Shown here in pieces: positions 41,271-56,500 of a stretch of 64,000 bases of DNA. The position numbers were made by a program, and so were the translations under genes. The notes beneath the pieces were generated by a model that saw nothing but the letters and a program-made list of their open reading frames with translations, was not told the DNA's origin and made no database searches. Positions within the stretch are counted from its first letter, which is position 1. The number at the start of each line of letters is the position of its first letter. The stretch lies in contig KZ538006.1 of NCBI GenBank assembly GCA_000934665.2, positions 248,001 through 312,000 of the forward strand. Direction: 5' to 3'. The stretch comes from Catajapyx aquilonaris (Eukaryota).

Positions 41271-44200
41271 GCGGCCCTCGACTCGGATTATGACCAAACA
41301 CCGCCAGGAGGAGACACTATAAATTGTCGGTACCAAGGGTGCAATACCAGACGGTCACCTAGCAGGTCATGTTCATTGCAGTTGTCATACATATTTTGCT
41401 GATGGTAAGGCTATGTCCATATTTTTATAGTTCAAGGAAGATGCACAGTGTGATTGATTGTTGTAGGATACCAGACTGGACGTTGAAGATTCTCAAGGAT
41501 GGTGACATGTCATGCCATATGAGGAACAAATAAGGCTGAGCTCAGCGACTACCTGGCTGGCAAAAATAAGAGTGGAAATGTGGTCCATTTTGCAAATGCT
41601 TTTATACCGGGATTAAAAGTGGTCCATTTTGATGTGCAGGCAACAGAGAAGAAGAAGAAAAAAAAATGCACGACATAACAAGAAAAAGCGGATTCCTGCA
41701 TGGTTTCAGGCAAGGACACGAAGGGGTTCGCATGCTCGTTAGAATAGTGCCCCAGAATTATCTCACAGGACCTCTACTTTCTATATAAAAAGTGCTATAA
41801 TTAAAAACGCGGCGCGTAATATCAATTTGTACTATTCTTCAAGCGGCAAATTGTTTTTAACAATGGCAAGACGCAAGGGTTTTGTTCAATCTTCGAGAGA
41901 CACGGTGCTCATCCAGTTCATACCAGCTCAGCAGTCCTTCGTTTGTTGCCGAGTGAAAGGAACGTGCTCTCCTCCTCTTCACAAGCCTCCCCCTTCGGAT
42001 CGAGTCCACCCACCAATAACATCGTCACTTTCTAATGGAGCCACATTGTTGCCGAGCTTCCTTAGTTGTAAACAAGGGGACGTGCACCATTGTTGAGGTG
42101 GTTTGCATTCAGCCAGCACTCAAAAAAGAAGAAGAAGGTTTTCGATTTGCACTTTATAATAATTCCGATGTTGGTTGGATTTAGTTCGATGTGACAAAGC
42201 ACGTTTCTCTCGTGATTGTTATCACACTTATCTGCATCTGTCAAGGTCCCAGTGCAGTTTCCCTTTCTTCAGTTAACGATCCAACTGCCCTTCCTGAACC
42301 CTTGTGTCCCTGTCCTTGTCGGAGCAGACTTCCCTTTTCTTGCCTTCGTCTCATTGAGTCACTTCCACTTTCCAAGTTTTCAACTTTTGACAGTTCTTGT
42401 CATTGTAATAATATGGTGCGTATAACACAAGTATAACAGCTATTTCGGTATTTCAAGTAGCCTGCCTCTTAGCCCAGCGATAGGTTTATTAGAAATTGCG
42501 TCACTTCGAAAGTACTCGTACTGACTTATCTTCGTTTCAGTGTAATACGTAATTAATTTCGACAAAAAATGAACACGATGCAAGTGATTACTTTTCCCAA
42601 AACATTTGCAATTATTCATTGATGTGGATGAGAAAATAAATGCTTAATATTTTAATATGGGTGATTGTAGTTCACTCATGGTACAATTTTTACATCCTTG
42701 ATGGCTAAGTCGATGTTATTCATTGTACTGTATTAATTGTATTGAGTTACATGTTTGAATAATCAATAAATGACCATCTCGCATTGTAATATAACGTATA
42801 TGGCGTGTAAGACAAACATAAAACTCTTTATTACCATGATCTGTTTACTATTTTTGCATCGTTAAAACTAACTCAATTTATTACACATTAGTCATATATT
42901 AGCACATCACAATTCATTTTATCTGCAGCGGAAAAAATTGGTGATTTTGAGACAGTTGTTGGCTAAATAATTAGGTGTGCTTAGTTGTGTAATATAACTA
43001 CTATGATATTTTGTGAGCAATGTTTTTCAGTCAACCAAAGGTCAAACAGAATGAGGCGATGTCAGGCGCATCATGTCTGACGCCCTGCGTCTAACGGGTT
43101 AAAATGCTGACTAGCCTTGCACTTTCGCTGGTCCGTCCAGCTTACGGTACACTGTGTATGTTATCAGTGATGTAAGTACTGTACTCTCATAACATGCAAG
43201 CCAAGCCATGTCAGAAGTACCGACTGCAATTTTAAAGCCAACTATATCATTTTGTTTAAAAACAATTGCACGAACAGATTAACATCAACCCTATTTCCAC
43301 GTCCTTGAATTTCCAGGAGTGCACATTGCCATAGTAACTTTCTCATGTAATATGTGAGCCTGCTTTGCACTATTTACACGATAGCATTAATATATTTTTT
43401 AAAGAATTCTAACTATAAATCCTGCCGAGTGCCATGTTAGTTCGTGTAGTTGTTTAGCAAGCGTCGAATTCTCTGTTTGGAAAGTGAAAGTTCAGAGAAG
43501 GCCAAGCAACGCTGGCTCGGATCTCCGGTGTCACAAAATGTTGTGTTCCTCCTCCCATACGAGGAATGGGTGGCCTTTGACCTTTGGGTGAGGATACCGC
43601 ATGCTGATTGCTAAGGAGGGACCAGGGCGGCGTGCATCACGCTTCCTATTCAGGATTAATTGACCCCCTCCACCCTTGCCCCTTTATATACAGTACCGAT
43701 CATGCTTCAGATGTAAAACTTAATGATGTCTAGTAATAACGTGAAGAGTGTGCTGTAATGGGGCCTAGGTTAACTTGGCGGGCTTTTCAGTCAAAGGTTC
43801 ACTACATGGTATAATTTTATGCCTTCTAGAGTGTGTGGTCGATTACCTAGGCCTCATTTCTTGTCACGGAAGGGAGAAGCAATTTTAGGGTATGATGATG
43901 AACTGGTTGATTATATTCATTACAAAGCACATTTACTCATTTCTTGTAAGATATACTAGTGGGTCTGACCTCAATATGTTCGTTGATGACTGATCTGTTT
44001 AAATAATAAGGAGGCGGTATAATCAACGTGATACTATTACCTAATATTAATGACAGTTTTATGGAAAAACTATTAAACCCTATCAAATAATATAATTTTG
44101 CTGTTGTGCTTCTTGACAGGAATTTCAATAGTCTCCAACTGCTTTACATATTAGGCTACATCACCATTGAGCGAGATGTTTAGGCAGTTGTAGTCTGCAT

Positions 44201-45355
44201 GATAAGCACTCAAAGTACCACTATAGTAAAGAGAGCAATATAATTATATTGTGTATATCAGTCATGAGAAGGTAGTTGCTATAGACATTTTCATCTTTTC
44301 ACAAGAGAATGTAAAGATAGTGTTGGCCAAAGCTACTTTACAACATACGAGTTAGAGGAGTTTGTTTTAATAATTTATATTAAGTACAACAGCAGTTCAT
44401 TAGGAATAATATTGTAGAGGGCGATGTGATTTTCATTTTCCTTCCTTGCTGGCTATATTTACATTTACGAGTCATGGTTTTCAAACAAGTGATAAAAATT
44501 CGAGTAAAAAATTCACTGCCACGGCAGTCGTCATTATCACTTTCATATTTTATCAAGCATCCCATGGTGATCTAATATCACTAACCGACACCGATGAAAT
44601 TGCGCACATCTGCCGGAAAAATAACAAGCAATAAATCAGTAAATGCCAAGCTCGATAGTTGCAATATTCAATATGGAAATACACTATAACTTATAACAAT
44701 ATGAAGATAAAAATTACATTTACAAATTAGCACACGCTTTGTGCATCACAATTTAAGACTTGGAATACTGCATGGTCAAATAATCTGCAGAGATTTGTTA
44801 ACTGTGCATTTTAACAATGATAACAGAATTCATTTGTATACCACTATTTACTACTCGTACAATTACCACACTAGGAATAATAATATACAATATTTTCAAC
44901 GTCATAATAATTACAAATCTTTTAAACCACTAAACCTCATCCCACCTGTATAACCTTACATATTACAGTATTACTCTCTTTAAACATCAATTAATTATTA
45001 TCAATCAAAAATCACTATTAGCTCTTCTTCGTCTTTAATTTTTAACCGATTGACTAGTTGTCTCTGAAATAACCACACACAAAAAAAAAACGTGCACCAT
45101 CGACGCCGCGTTAAGGTCACAGGCAGGGTCACCGGATGATATCGCTCCAATAATTTAACTGTGACCATTGTCTGGAAGGCCAATCTGGTGCCTCACTTGA
45201 CCTTGCCCTCAAATCAAACATTTACCTTCGGTTTTCTTAGTACCTGCCGACCTTGCCAGTCCAGCGCCAGCAAAGGTGCTGGGTCACTTTCCATGACCTC
45301 CAGTCACACTTGCCACGGAACATCATCACCGTACTTTTTAACACATTTCCTCACT

Positions 45356-48300
45356 TCACCACAAGACACATTTTTTCCCAGGATTCATGGGTGTTCCTTG
45401 ACGACAACGCCAAACTCGAGCGAATTCTTGAAAGTTCTGGAGGGATCCTATCACACGGAAACGTCCTGGACTGTGGGCTCCAGTCATCAGCTGTTGCTGG
45501 AGTCGACCTGGAGTTGAAGCCGAACACCACACCTGAAATTTAGTTTAAAAAATTAGTAATGAAATTATTTTACCAGGATTAGCCTAATTATTACTTACAT
45601 TGGCAAATGAAATGAAGAAAAGTTGTTCAGGGCTGAACTCCTCGAGACCAGGGAGGCGAGGCTCCGGGCCTTTCCTGGCAGTGTAACTCTTGAAGGCACG
45701 GAAGGCTTGTCGTATACCGCCGTTGTCTGCCATATTTTCTCCCAGGGTCGTCAATCCGTTGACCTAAAGAGAAGTCATAATATTTATGACAAAACCGCCA
45801 CTTTTAAACTGACACGAGACTTAACGGTTGTGGTTCCGTTGTTTCCTGGAAGTTGCTCCACTTCTTTCACCTTGAAATTGTCGTACTGTCTCTGGAAACA
45901 TTGTGCCTTCTGTATGTAGTTGGCAAGGGTTCGTTGGCTCCACCACTGGGACAAGTCTCCATCTTCATCAAACTGACGACCTGTAAAGTGTGTTGTATGT
46001 CAAACAGTAAACTCTGCCGAATGTATTCCGAAATTCATGGAATTTTTAAAAGTAGGTTACCTTGATCATCGAAGCCGTGTGTAATTTCGTGGCCAATGAC
46101 CATTCCGATGGCTCCGTAATTAAGTGACCTATAAAATTAGAGGAGACATGTGACAATTCCATATCTAATTAGCATAACCACAACGTGTGAGCTCACCGCA
46201 GAGGATGGCCATAAAATGGAAGCTGTAAAATTCCAGCCGGGAAGGCTGAAAAGAAACCACATGGTCACAACCATTTTTTGCATTAAATTTTAGTTAATAA
46301 ATAATCCCGCATGACTGGGATACTGACTGATAGAGTTGTAGTTAGGTGCATAAAAGGCGTTAACTACAGAAGGCCCAGCAATCCACTTTTTCCTGTCAGT
46401 TGGCTTCCTCAGTTCCTCCAGTTCTTTTCGAATCCACCAAGCTCCGACGGAATAGAGAGAAGCAAAGTGATCTTCTCTGAAGAGTCGCAGCTGAGTAACA
46501 ATACATAAAATAATAGTAAATGCTGTGATTTGGGGAATGGTTGGAGTGAATGTTGGCTCACCCCATCGTAGTACTTTTCCAGCTTTTCGCTGTCGAGGAC
46601 CCAGTCAGGAAAGGCCATAAATTCTCTCATGGCGGCTGCTTTCTTCTTGGCCGCCACTTTTGTTCTGTGGTCCATCCACTCAGCTGAGTCCACCTGAGCT
46701 CTGAAGGCTGCCTGAAGATCTTTCACTAATTGCACCACCTAATCAACCGAAACAGTGTTAAATGGAATCAATTTTACTCTGATTTATTATACGTCAAAAA
46801 ACAGTTCTATACTTAAATCTCGAGCCACATGGCTGACACTTTTCGAGTTTGTATGAGAAACTAAATGCACGTTTGCAAAATATACTAATGGAAACACGCG
46901 ATATTCCACAATAATTACATTAGCACAATGGGGCATTTAATCAGCAACAGATGCCATGCCCAACATACTGTTGTGAGTTTCACGAGCAAGGCGCGTTACC
47001 ACGATAACAAATCTAGGAGCTTATGACTGCATCTTTGGGTGTTTAGGATAATCAAACGTGATGAAATCTGCATAAATTACAATGTAGAAAACATGTACAA
47101 TAAACGTAATATAGTGCTAGAAAACATTGTACATAAGTTACCTCTGGTTTCTTCGAGCTGTTGAAGTGCTTTCGCACATATTTGCTACCCACTGCCATTC
47201 CTAAGAAGTGGTTTACTTTTTCTGCACACACTTTCCACCTGAAATATATTCAGAATGAATTTACTGGCCGGTAGGTATTTTTCATACTCATTCCTGGAAA
47301 AGGAGTACTTATAAATATAAATTAATATTGAAAAATCAACATTGTGTGTATGTAACCAAATCAGCAAATCTACTGTTTAATGGTTAAAAGTACTCATTAG
47401 CATAAGTTTAGTTGTGGGAAGCAGATTGTTTTAAAAATTCTTTAACACTGCCACACGCAACTGCCTTTCACTCTCTTCTGCTTGGAGTGTTGCCTACCAC
47501 GCAGGATGGAAATATAAAACATGCCCTTGTAAAATCTTCAGTTCTCTCTGCTATAATTTAAAATTGAGCATGTCGTGTAAACTTTGACAAAGTTCTTAGC
47601 TGAAGTTATTAATTATTTAATGACATTTAGCATTTTCATGCATTACATCGCAACGTCTGATATCACGCTGACCTGGGTTCGGGAAATTGAACTCCGGTAA
47701 TTTCCCTGGCAAAGAAGAAAAACTGCATTCCCAGCGCCTCGGATGTCTCCGGCCCAATGTCCAAAAGCATCCTCCATCTCAAGTAATTGGCTGGATAAGG
47801 ATTCGCATGTTACTACTAACAAACATTGCTCCCCCACCGAGAGAAAGTTTCAATAAAACCCCCCCTCTTCCCCCCCTTTATCATCACCTATGACATGCGA
47901 AGGTGTCTTAGCCAGTAAAACAGCCAGGCGACGGAGAAAGTCCACTTCTTGCACTATGATAACCTCATCTCTTCGGATTTTCGCTAGAGATCCAAACATC
48001 GTGGAGAAATACTCGGTCCATACGATCTGCAAAAATAATTTTGAGACAAACACTATTAATTACTGGGAATTGCACTTACCCTTGAATGTTGAGTAAACTT
48101 TGGTTGCCATTGTTCATCATCATTTTCCACCGCCTTTCCTTCCGATATGTCAACACTGTCGGTAAAGAGTTGCAACTCTGCCACCGTCATTGGGTTGTAC
48201 ATGTGTGTCTTATTTCGACGGAATTCTTGAGGAGTAGTAATCTGTACGGAAACATCAAAATTACTGTCCAGCTTTTCACAAATATATTTTTCACAAGTGA

Positions 48301-50521
48301 AGACCAGGGATCGAACTCACGACCCCAACAGGTTAAACGCTATGGCCTTCAACTATGGGCTGACATTTTAAAGCTTAGTTAAGTACTAATGACAGTATGT
48401 AGCTTGAAAAAAAAAGTGAAGTTCCGCTGAACCCAATTTTTAGGCCACGCACTATTACCCATATGGGTGTCACCACGCTTTGAATTATTCATACCTTTGC
48501 CAACTGTGCCTCAAAATCCAACGTCTCGTTGACCATATTTTGCAGCCGCTCGTGCGGAATGTCGAACAAAGCTCCTACCACATTCCATACTCCTTCGCAA
48601 AGTCGTCTATACGCTTCTAACACCGGACGTTTCGAACTGGTCGCATTGAAGAACGATCTATCCAGACCAAGAGTAGGTTGATCCAACTGCAAATAAACAC
48701 AACACGAATATAAATCTTGCAACAGATATTTGCACAAATTATTACATAAATGATGCTGCGACTTGTGTTCCTTTCGTCCAGATAGACCGACGCACTGACG
48801 ATGTAATGTGCGCCAACTTCTCGTCGAAGTTGGCCTAAGACATGGGTGAGTGTCGGAGGAGTCTTGCTCACAGGAGTGACAGGAACTAGTCGAGAGATGA
48901 GCTCGTAGAGAGGCTTCACGCCCATTTTCTCTATCCTTGCTGCAAATAAATCGGTGTCATATATCGGACTGGAACATGTTCAGGATACATTTTGGTCACA
49001 TACATACTGTAGTTCATGCAAGCGTGGTAAAAATTCTTGGCTTGTATGACCGGAGATGGTTCGTGAGGATCGTCAGGTGATTCGAGTATTTCTGAAATGC
49101 GTGCATTAAAAATGAATAATTATTGTACAGTACTACCGGTGAGCAAAAAGCACCTTTGACACGATGGCTTAAATCTTTTCTGAGTCGATCAAACTGACCC
49201 CATCTCGACGCCGTTTCTGGAATAGGATTTCTCTTCAACCATCCTCCGCATGCGAACTGATAAAAATCGTCGCACGGATTCCAGCTTTTGTCAATAGAAT
49301 CGAGCATTGTTGCAGCTGTAATGGAGAGAGGGGGGCAAAAATAATTGACTGGGGCGTGTTTATCGCTCCCCATTTTTATGGGGTTTCCACAGCATCCCCA
49401 ATTCTGGAGCAGAATCCGGATGAGAACGGAAACCTCACCCAGGAAAAAGCATGTTGACGCACTTTAAACGACCAGAAACGCCCATTTTGACACACTCTGT
49501 ACATATGGGCGGGTTTTTCACTCTAAATAGGTCCAAGTGTCATCCACCCATCAACACAACCATTGAGAGAGAAATTTTCTTTGTCAATGTCAACACGTCC
49601 GGATTGTAAGCTGATTATTATTCGCATGCCATATTTTTTTCCCCTTCTTCTTCTCCACAATAATGTTCATAGTTTGCGAATCACGAAATGTTAAGTGAAA
49701 ATACGGTAACTTTCTCTCAGGAAGTTTTTAAGAGGGCCCCCCCGTTTGATCCAACCTGATCGGATGCAATCTGGTGTCATGCAGACTTCGCTGTTTCGAA
49801 CCCGACGAGTTTGAGGACGATCTACGTCGTCGTATCTTCCAAACGATGCCATTTCCTCTTCCAATTCCACGGCCCGGTTTTCCAACTCTCGAGCTGTAAA
49901 AGAATAAACGACAGTGAAGAGTATGCTCTCGTTTTTTTGTGTGTGTGTGGATACTACAGGGTGTTCCATTTACACTTTGTAATTTTTTTTGGTCCTAAAT
50001 TGCGTATTATTAACTAGTGAACCCATTGCCAAAATTTGGCAAAACCTATGACAATCAAACAAGTTTGAAGACATGGCCCGTCGATTTACCACGTAGTACT
50101 ATTCTTCGTTCATAGATGGCGTACGCTCACTCTGCACATTCCTGCCACCTTCAGGTCGATAGCGATACTATCAGGTCGGACAAGCATCCGACGGAGAGAA
50201 TAAGCCTATTAGGAGAAAAATTGATTATGACTTACCCTGTAAGTCGAGCATGACTGTTGCAACAATGGTTCCGACAAGTGCAGTTGTGAGCAGGGCAGCA
50301 GTGGCCAGAAGTGACTTTTCCAAAGATGTCCTCCGCTGCCAGAAGGGTTTAGACGACGAAGTGCTAGAGGTGAGGACCTTCCTTCCATCAGAACTGTTTG
50401 ACACTATTATTGTCGAGGGCACTGGTACCGTATACACACTCACTGACCGTTCTCGAGCTGAGTTGGTGAGGTGCTGCTGACTCTCGCTGGATGTCACAGA
50501 CATTGTTGGGGTCTCGGCCAT
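45356..50521 (-). CDS. Neprilysin/ECE-like zinc metallopeptidase (M13), type II membrane protein
   Basis: 17 coding exons: 50521-50236, 49893-49756, 49315-49154, 49091-49008, 48939-48746, 48686-48495, 48241-48080, 48026-47888, 47790-47673, 47238-47142, 46738-46562, 46490-46328, 46245-46197, 46128-46061, 45980-45826, 45763-45599, 45532-45356. N-terminal TM helix, [34 protein letters not shown]. An acceptor at 50563 implies further upstream exon(s). Confidence 0.95.
48300..48362 (-). mobile_element. tRNA/SINE-like head remnant in a neprilysin intron
   Basis: Minus strand ggggtcgtgagttcgatccctggtc is B-box/T-arm-like; degenerate. Confidence 0.35.
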
Positions 50522-53500
50522 GCTGGCGGCTACTCCTATGGTGATGCCTTTCTTCTCACAGACCTGCACTGGAATATTATGAAAAGTGTTTAAGTCAATA
50601 GAAGTCATGTCCGGATTGGTATTTGTCTTTAACACGTACAAAGTGATAGCCTATACCTTCCTCTGGTATTTTAATGACATGCACAGTCAACACGGTTCTA
50701 TAAAACCGATGTTTATTTGACTGTTTAAAGCGAGTGACACTCATGAGATGACATAAGAAAGAAAGGCGGAAAATATTACTTCATCTCTTTAGCCAATGGG
50801 TTTCAACTCGAGTTGTACTTGACCTTCATCGAGTCACTTCCTTACATTGCCTTTACCATGCGATGGACATATTTTAGTTCATATACAGTATATAAATATC
50901 TCTTCCAAATTATGCTGATAAATACGAGTTGCTTATTCGCAATTTTGTAATTAGAAAAAATTGCAAACATTTAAATATTGGCACTTGTAATGTGTTTCAT
51001 GCCTCAAATGTACATAATCTCAGTAGCAAGAGTGACATGTAACAATGTTCGTCCATTATGTAGCCCATCGCACCATTAAAAAACCTGTAGTAGTACCATG
51101 TAAATTATGCAAATTGACCGTAACGAGAGAGTCTTAACATTGAAGATGACTCTAACACGGAAGAGCACCGAGCCAATAAATTTTTACTGATTCATCTGCC
51201 ATCATCCAGCTAGTAATTCTCGCCTTATACACTCGTAGGCTGGAAAGGCGATCAATCAAGTTCGAACTTTCACCGGTGCATCAATGCGTAATACATTTAT
51301 GTTCCGACATGTACTAAGATATTAACAAACAAGCGTGCTGGCCTGTCATAGTAATTACATTGTTATTGATGAATCACCACGCACCAAAAAACTGTCCACT
51401 TAAAAAAACAACTGTATTAAAATAATGAAATTTTTCCATTGCGGTGTGACATTTCCGAAACTGCTCAACCTTCAAGAACCTATAAAAAAATCTATGCTTT
51501 TTTTTGGTGACAATTACTCTATAACTTTCTCTTTTTATTAGAGGTGACGTTTCACCGGTCGATTCTTCAGTTGAGTGTGCAACACTTAAATCAGGCAAGT
51601 GAATGGGTTTTGGCGCTACAAATGAGCCTTTTAAAAATAGGGGTCCACTTTCAAGAAACTTTTTATAACTTAACATTTAGCAATATAGCTCCCGGGCCAA
51701 AGCGTCCTTTTGCACACGGGAAAAGATGTGTAAAACTGTCAAGTCACATGACATATCCGTACATAAACAAGCCGGATAAAAAAAAATTGTCCGATGCCAC
51801 GTGTTAGGCTGCAAAAAAGTTTATATCCCGCGATAATTATAAGGCGCAACTGTCTGTCTCCGAAACGCGAGTAAAAACGTGCCGCACTTAATTTCCATTT
51901 GTCGACCAAGTGAGGTCATCACATCCTTTGAACCCTTGAAAAGCCCAGTTGGTTTTTTTTCCTCTGCCAAGAAAGCGACAAAGGGACAACAGAAGATGCC
52001 AATCTCGCCAAAAAGTGAAGATGTATCTTGCTATTTTTTTTTTGTTTTGAAAGAAAGTGATTGAATTATGTGCAAGAGTGCGGCCACAGAATTGGTTATT
52101 TTCTCTGCTCTGTCTGGTATATGGTTCGAGCAATTGAGAGAGAAATATTGGGGGGAAAGCATGATTTTTAGCACGAGACCGCATCATCAAACATTTTCAC
52201 TTATACACAGCTCGTCTCGTTCTCAAAATTCTCATTGCCCTACATTTTTTTAAACTTTATTTGGCATAAAAATTAAAAGCACACCCTGTAATTATACACG
52301 CACTTCTTGAGCATTGTACACAAAATTTTTGAACGCAATAAAAGCAATATCATCACCACTGTTGGCAACATGTATCGCAACAAATGGTACTATACAGTAC
52401 CCTTTGATGGCAAAAAAAATGTGCATTCATCCAGCAAAGAAAGATTGTGCAGAAAATATTTTCGACATGCTGTTTACACATGCAAATTATTTCTTCACAA
52501 TAATAGCCTTCAAAAAAATGTGCAATGCCCATTTTTTTAGCACTACTGGCCATGCATTTCTAAAGAAGACACCAAGATGCATAATTGGGGCACCCTTTGT
52601 GCAAAAATATTTTGGTCAATATTTTTCCGGGTCACATTGTACCTACTTATTACCCCCAATAATACCTTAGCAACATACTACCCGATTGATTTCCGTTGCC
52701 AACATGAGGCCAAAGTCCTACTTACCTTTACCTCTCCAGACACAACACCCGTTGTGTCACCGCACTCCTGGTGACATGTCTTCAGCTGGCCTGTTTCATG
52801 CTTCCCCAGATGTTGAAGATGTAATTTTTTGCAATGGTTGTCGGAGACTGTTGGACGTCGAGTGTGGCCAAAAGACAGTGTGTGGTGTGTTAGAGAGGCC
52901 AGTAACCAGTATATCTCTTTTTCCCCGGGCTGTGTTCCCATTGGGCGGTCTGACATGGCGCAGGTTTTCACGTCACTTCCTCTTCTCCTCCTACGGACTC
53001 TTCCTTTCTTTCACTTGGTGGTGGTAGATGCGGAACCCCCATCACTTTTTGCACACTTTTTGGCACCGAGTGAAAATGATGTGCACAGCTATTTGGATCA
53101 TTTCATAAATGATACGTTTTCCTCTTTTTTTTGGATGGGGGGTGAGAGTGGTTTTGCTTTGAAGAAGAATTTTTCGGAGAAGAATTTTCTGCGGTGTATT
53201 TTGACACTAAGCAGACCGGTGCATATTTTATACGGTGTTTGTTAAAACATGTTCAGCACCAGGCTCAAAATAGCGGCCGACTTTCCTGAGTTTCAAACGT
53301 GATATTGAAACCAGATGTTGCTTCGCCTTGACCTAAAGAGGTCGTCACGTTTGGGTTAAAACAGTAAAAAATTTTTAAATGTCCAAAAAATTTTACTGCG
53401 ACATATTTAAAGGTGGTGCTGACACAACAAGCGACACTAAAATAAATCTTGGACACACAGCATGTATTGCAATTAGCTGGTTAATGACATGTCATTATAG

Positions 53501-56500
53501 CTATAAATGGCTCATTGTTGTCACCTTGTCACGCCACAGCGAGCTGCACCCTTGATATCCCAGATAATTGCGCACTTCTCTGACATTTTAATTCCTGGTT
53601 GTCGCAACCAAGTGGCTATGGTTAGAGCGGTTTATTTCAGAGCGTTTTGCCACTTTGATACCACAGGAGATGGTGTGGGGTAAAGGGGTGGGGCTATAGT
53701 CTTCCAAAACTACATTGTTGAGACCTGGCCACAAAATGGGGGAGTAGCCAGAGAGAACTCTCCACTTCCCATTGTGTAATATCGCTGCACACACGCCACT
53801 ACCAATCATCCTAGATTGGATGGTGAAAAAAAAAACTGCGGCTACTTTTACTTTCTGTCGGCGCGTCCAACACAATGCGGATGACACAAATGAATGCCCC
53901 ATTTTTACAAGCGTCATGGTCCTTCCTCTCCAATCTTACCTTGCACTTCTGTCCTCTTTAGTTGGCATAAACACGATTTCCGGATGAACCACAGGAGTTA
54001 ATGCGACCCCGTAAATAAAAACAATTTGTACGATTGCAGAAAAATTTGCTTTTAATTTGTTATGCAAGTGTCATTTAGGAGGATTGTTCTGCAGGCTGCT
54101 GAATTAATTGGAGCGGAATGTTTCTATAATGAATGACCCAATAAAACAATGGACGAAAAGGTAATAAATAAAGTACACTCATTCATGGAATTGGTATTAT
54201 AAAAGCCACTTGTTGTCGGGATCATATTAGCGCCTATAACAATCGAGGATGAGATTTTAATAATTTTGTTTTTTGGATACATTTTATATACCCTGCTGTT
54301 AATTTTGCCTGTGACATTATGGCATTTGAAAACGACAAAACGCATTGCACAACATAGTGGCAGAAAATATTACTTGAGCTGATAAAACACATGCATTTCC
54401 TGTGAACGATAACCAACACTTCTTAGATCGGCGATGAAAAGAAATTAATTGGTAAAGGGGACATTAATTTTTGGTCTTTTTAATATGCTGTAAATTGATA
54501 GCTTGTTACACATCTAGTTTATTGCAAAATTAGAGCATCGCTTATGCAGTTAGTTCAAGAATGGATTTTAATAAATATCATGGACTGTGAGTGACGTTTT
54601 ATCCTGTGACATATGAGTAGACCCTGTTGTTTGGATGGTAAAATGTAATCCCAGAAGCCACCTGCTGGAGCGCAATATTTAGGTGGGCTATAAAAAGTAG
54701 AAAGTATAATTGGGTGCGAAGTAAAACTTGACCGAGGTCAGCTTGATTATTCTTTCGTGAAGAGCTGCAGCTCTCTCATCAGGGTCCCTTCGGTTCATCG
54801 CATACACTGCATGGTACTCTACACATCCTTTTTTAAGGCAATTATACGGTCATTATTGCACTCTGTAGAAACTCATCGCTTAGCCTACGTCTATTCCCCT
54901 CACTGCAATTTTTTTGAAATGAAAAAATAAAGTGACTCGAAACCATTTAAATTGTCACCCGCATGATTTCCCTGAGACCTCGATGGGCGTCTGCAGGACT
55001 ACCTTGTACTGGAAAAGCAGTGAAGCATCCTCAAAATTGAAGTTGGCGCTAGTCATTGCGCAACAATTTTTGCTTAGTCCTCTCTGCACAAAGTACTTAT
55101 CATTCGTACATATTCTCCCATCTGCAACGAACAGCTTCCGTGACCAGAACTGCACACCTTTTACAGTACATTTTTGAAGGACAGCCTGGCTATTTCTCTA
55201 CACTTATACGTGCAGTATCCCTTAGACTCCAGCATGGTCTATTAGGTGGTGTGTATGGTATATGATGAAGGGCCAAAAAAAAAAAAGTATTTTTTTCTGC
55301 TTTTCTTGCGTGCTGCATCTGTTTATGTAATCTTCTTCCTGTTGGGTCGTGACGAGAGTGATCTGGTTACTTGTCATCTTGGCAAAAAAGAGAGATTTCG
55401 CTTTCGAGATCAGCCTGAGAATGGAAGTCACGGTGATTTTTAGATTCTTATGTAAGGCATTCAAGGTGCTTCCATAAAACTTTGCCCCCCTGCAGCTGAT
55501 TTGTTTGAAAAAATATATTATTTGAAAGTAATTGTCAGATAGACTCTTATGGAGTAGCGTATTATTATTGTAATCGAAATAATTACTAAGAGCATATTTC
55601 GAATTAATTATTATTTAACATTTAAACAAAAATGCAGCTTACTCTGGGTCTTCTAATTTTTTTCTTGGTTACCTTCGAGTGTTTCAAATTGCATTTTTTT
55701 TTAAAGAACGGTGTGGTGTGGAGCCCCACATCTTTTACCTAAATCAACAATAACAATAACATGGATGCACAATAATGAAAGGAACAGTCCCGCTGAGTCT
55801 CTTCGCCCGAGCGAATTGAAATGTGACGAAAAGAAGAATAAGCGTTCCCGTAAGCGTGGCCCGTGACACATGTACCTGTCAAAGAGGCAGTTCCATTGTC
55901 ACTATTACCAGCACCAAATGTATGAGATGCGACCACACCACGTCTCCGATGCCTAACCCCATAAGGCGTGGAATTGTATACATTTTTATATACACTCGGA
56001 GAACAAAGAGAAATTGGGTTAGCGCCTTTTTCTTCCTCTTCGTCTCTCAAGTCCCACCAAAAGATCCCTTTTGCCTGATGCACACACACACGATTCCGCA
56101 TCACGCTCTTCCCATGTATTGCGAGTCAACTCCTCAGCATCCACTTTTTCATCCCTTCTTCTCCGCCCATATGGCTGTTTAGAAGGATGATTTAGTGGCC
56201 ACGGCAACACTGGTTTCGCATCCATCACATGCTACTTTTGCATCACTCTCATTTTGATATTTTATTTTATTATCGTAACAATTTCTAACAAATTTATTAT
56301 CATAATACACATTGTATAATATTTATTTGTAATGCAAATAATAATGTATAGTGCTTATTGAGTATAATATGGACATATGAATCATTACTGTGTGTAATAA
56401 TTTTTGGACAATATTACAAAAAAAAAACGAATTTACAGATACTGTACTTTTAGAGTAGACGTTAACCAGTGGCCTGGAGAATCATGGGCTTTATTTTGAA

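Noticed and set aside
43080..43101. tctaacgggttaa piggyBac-like end (also at ~58333-58345)
   Set aside because: Both are in the same orientation and no partner TIR was found.
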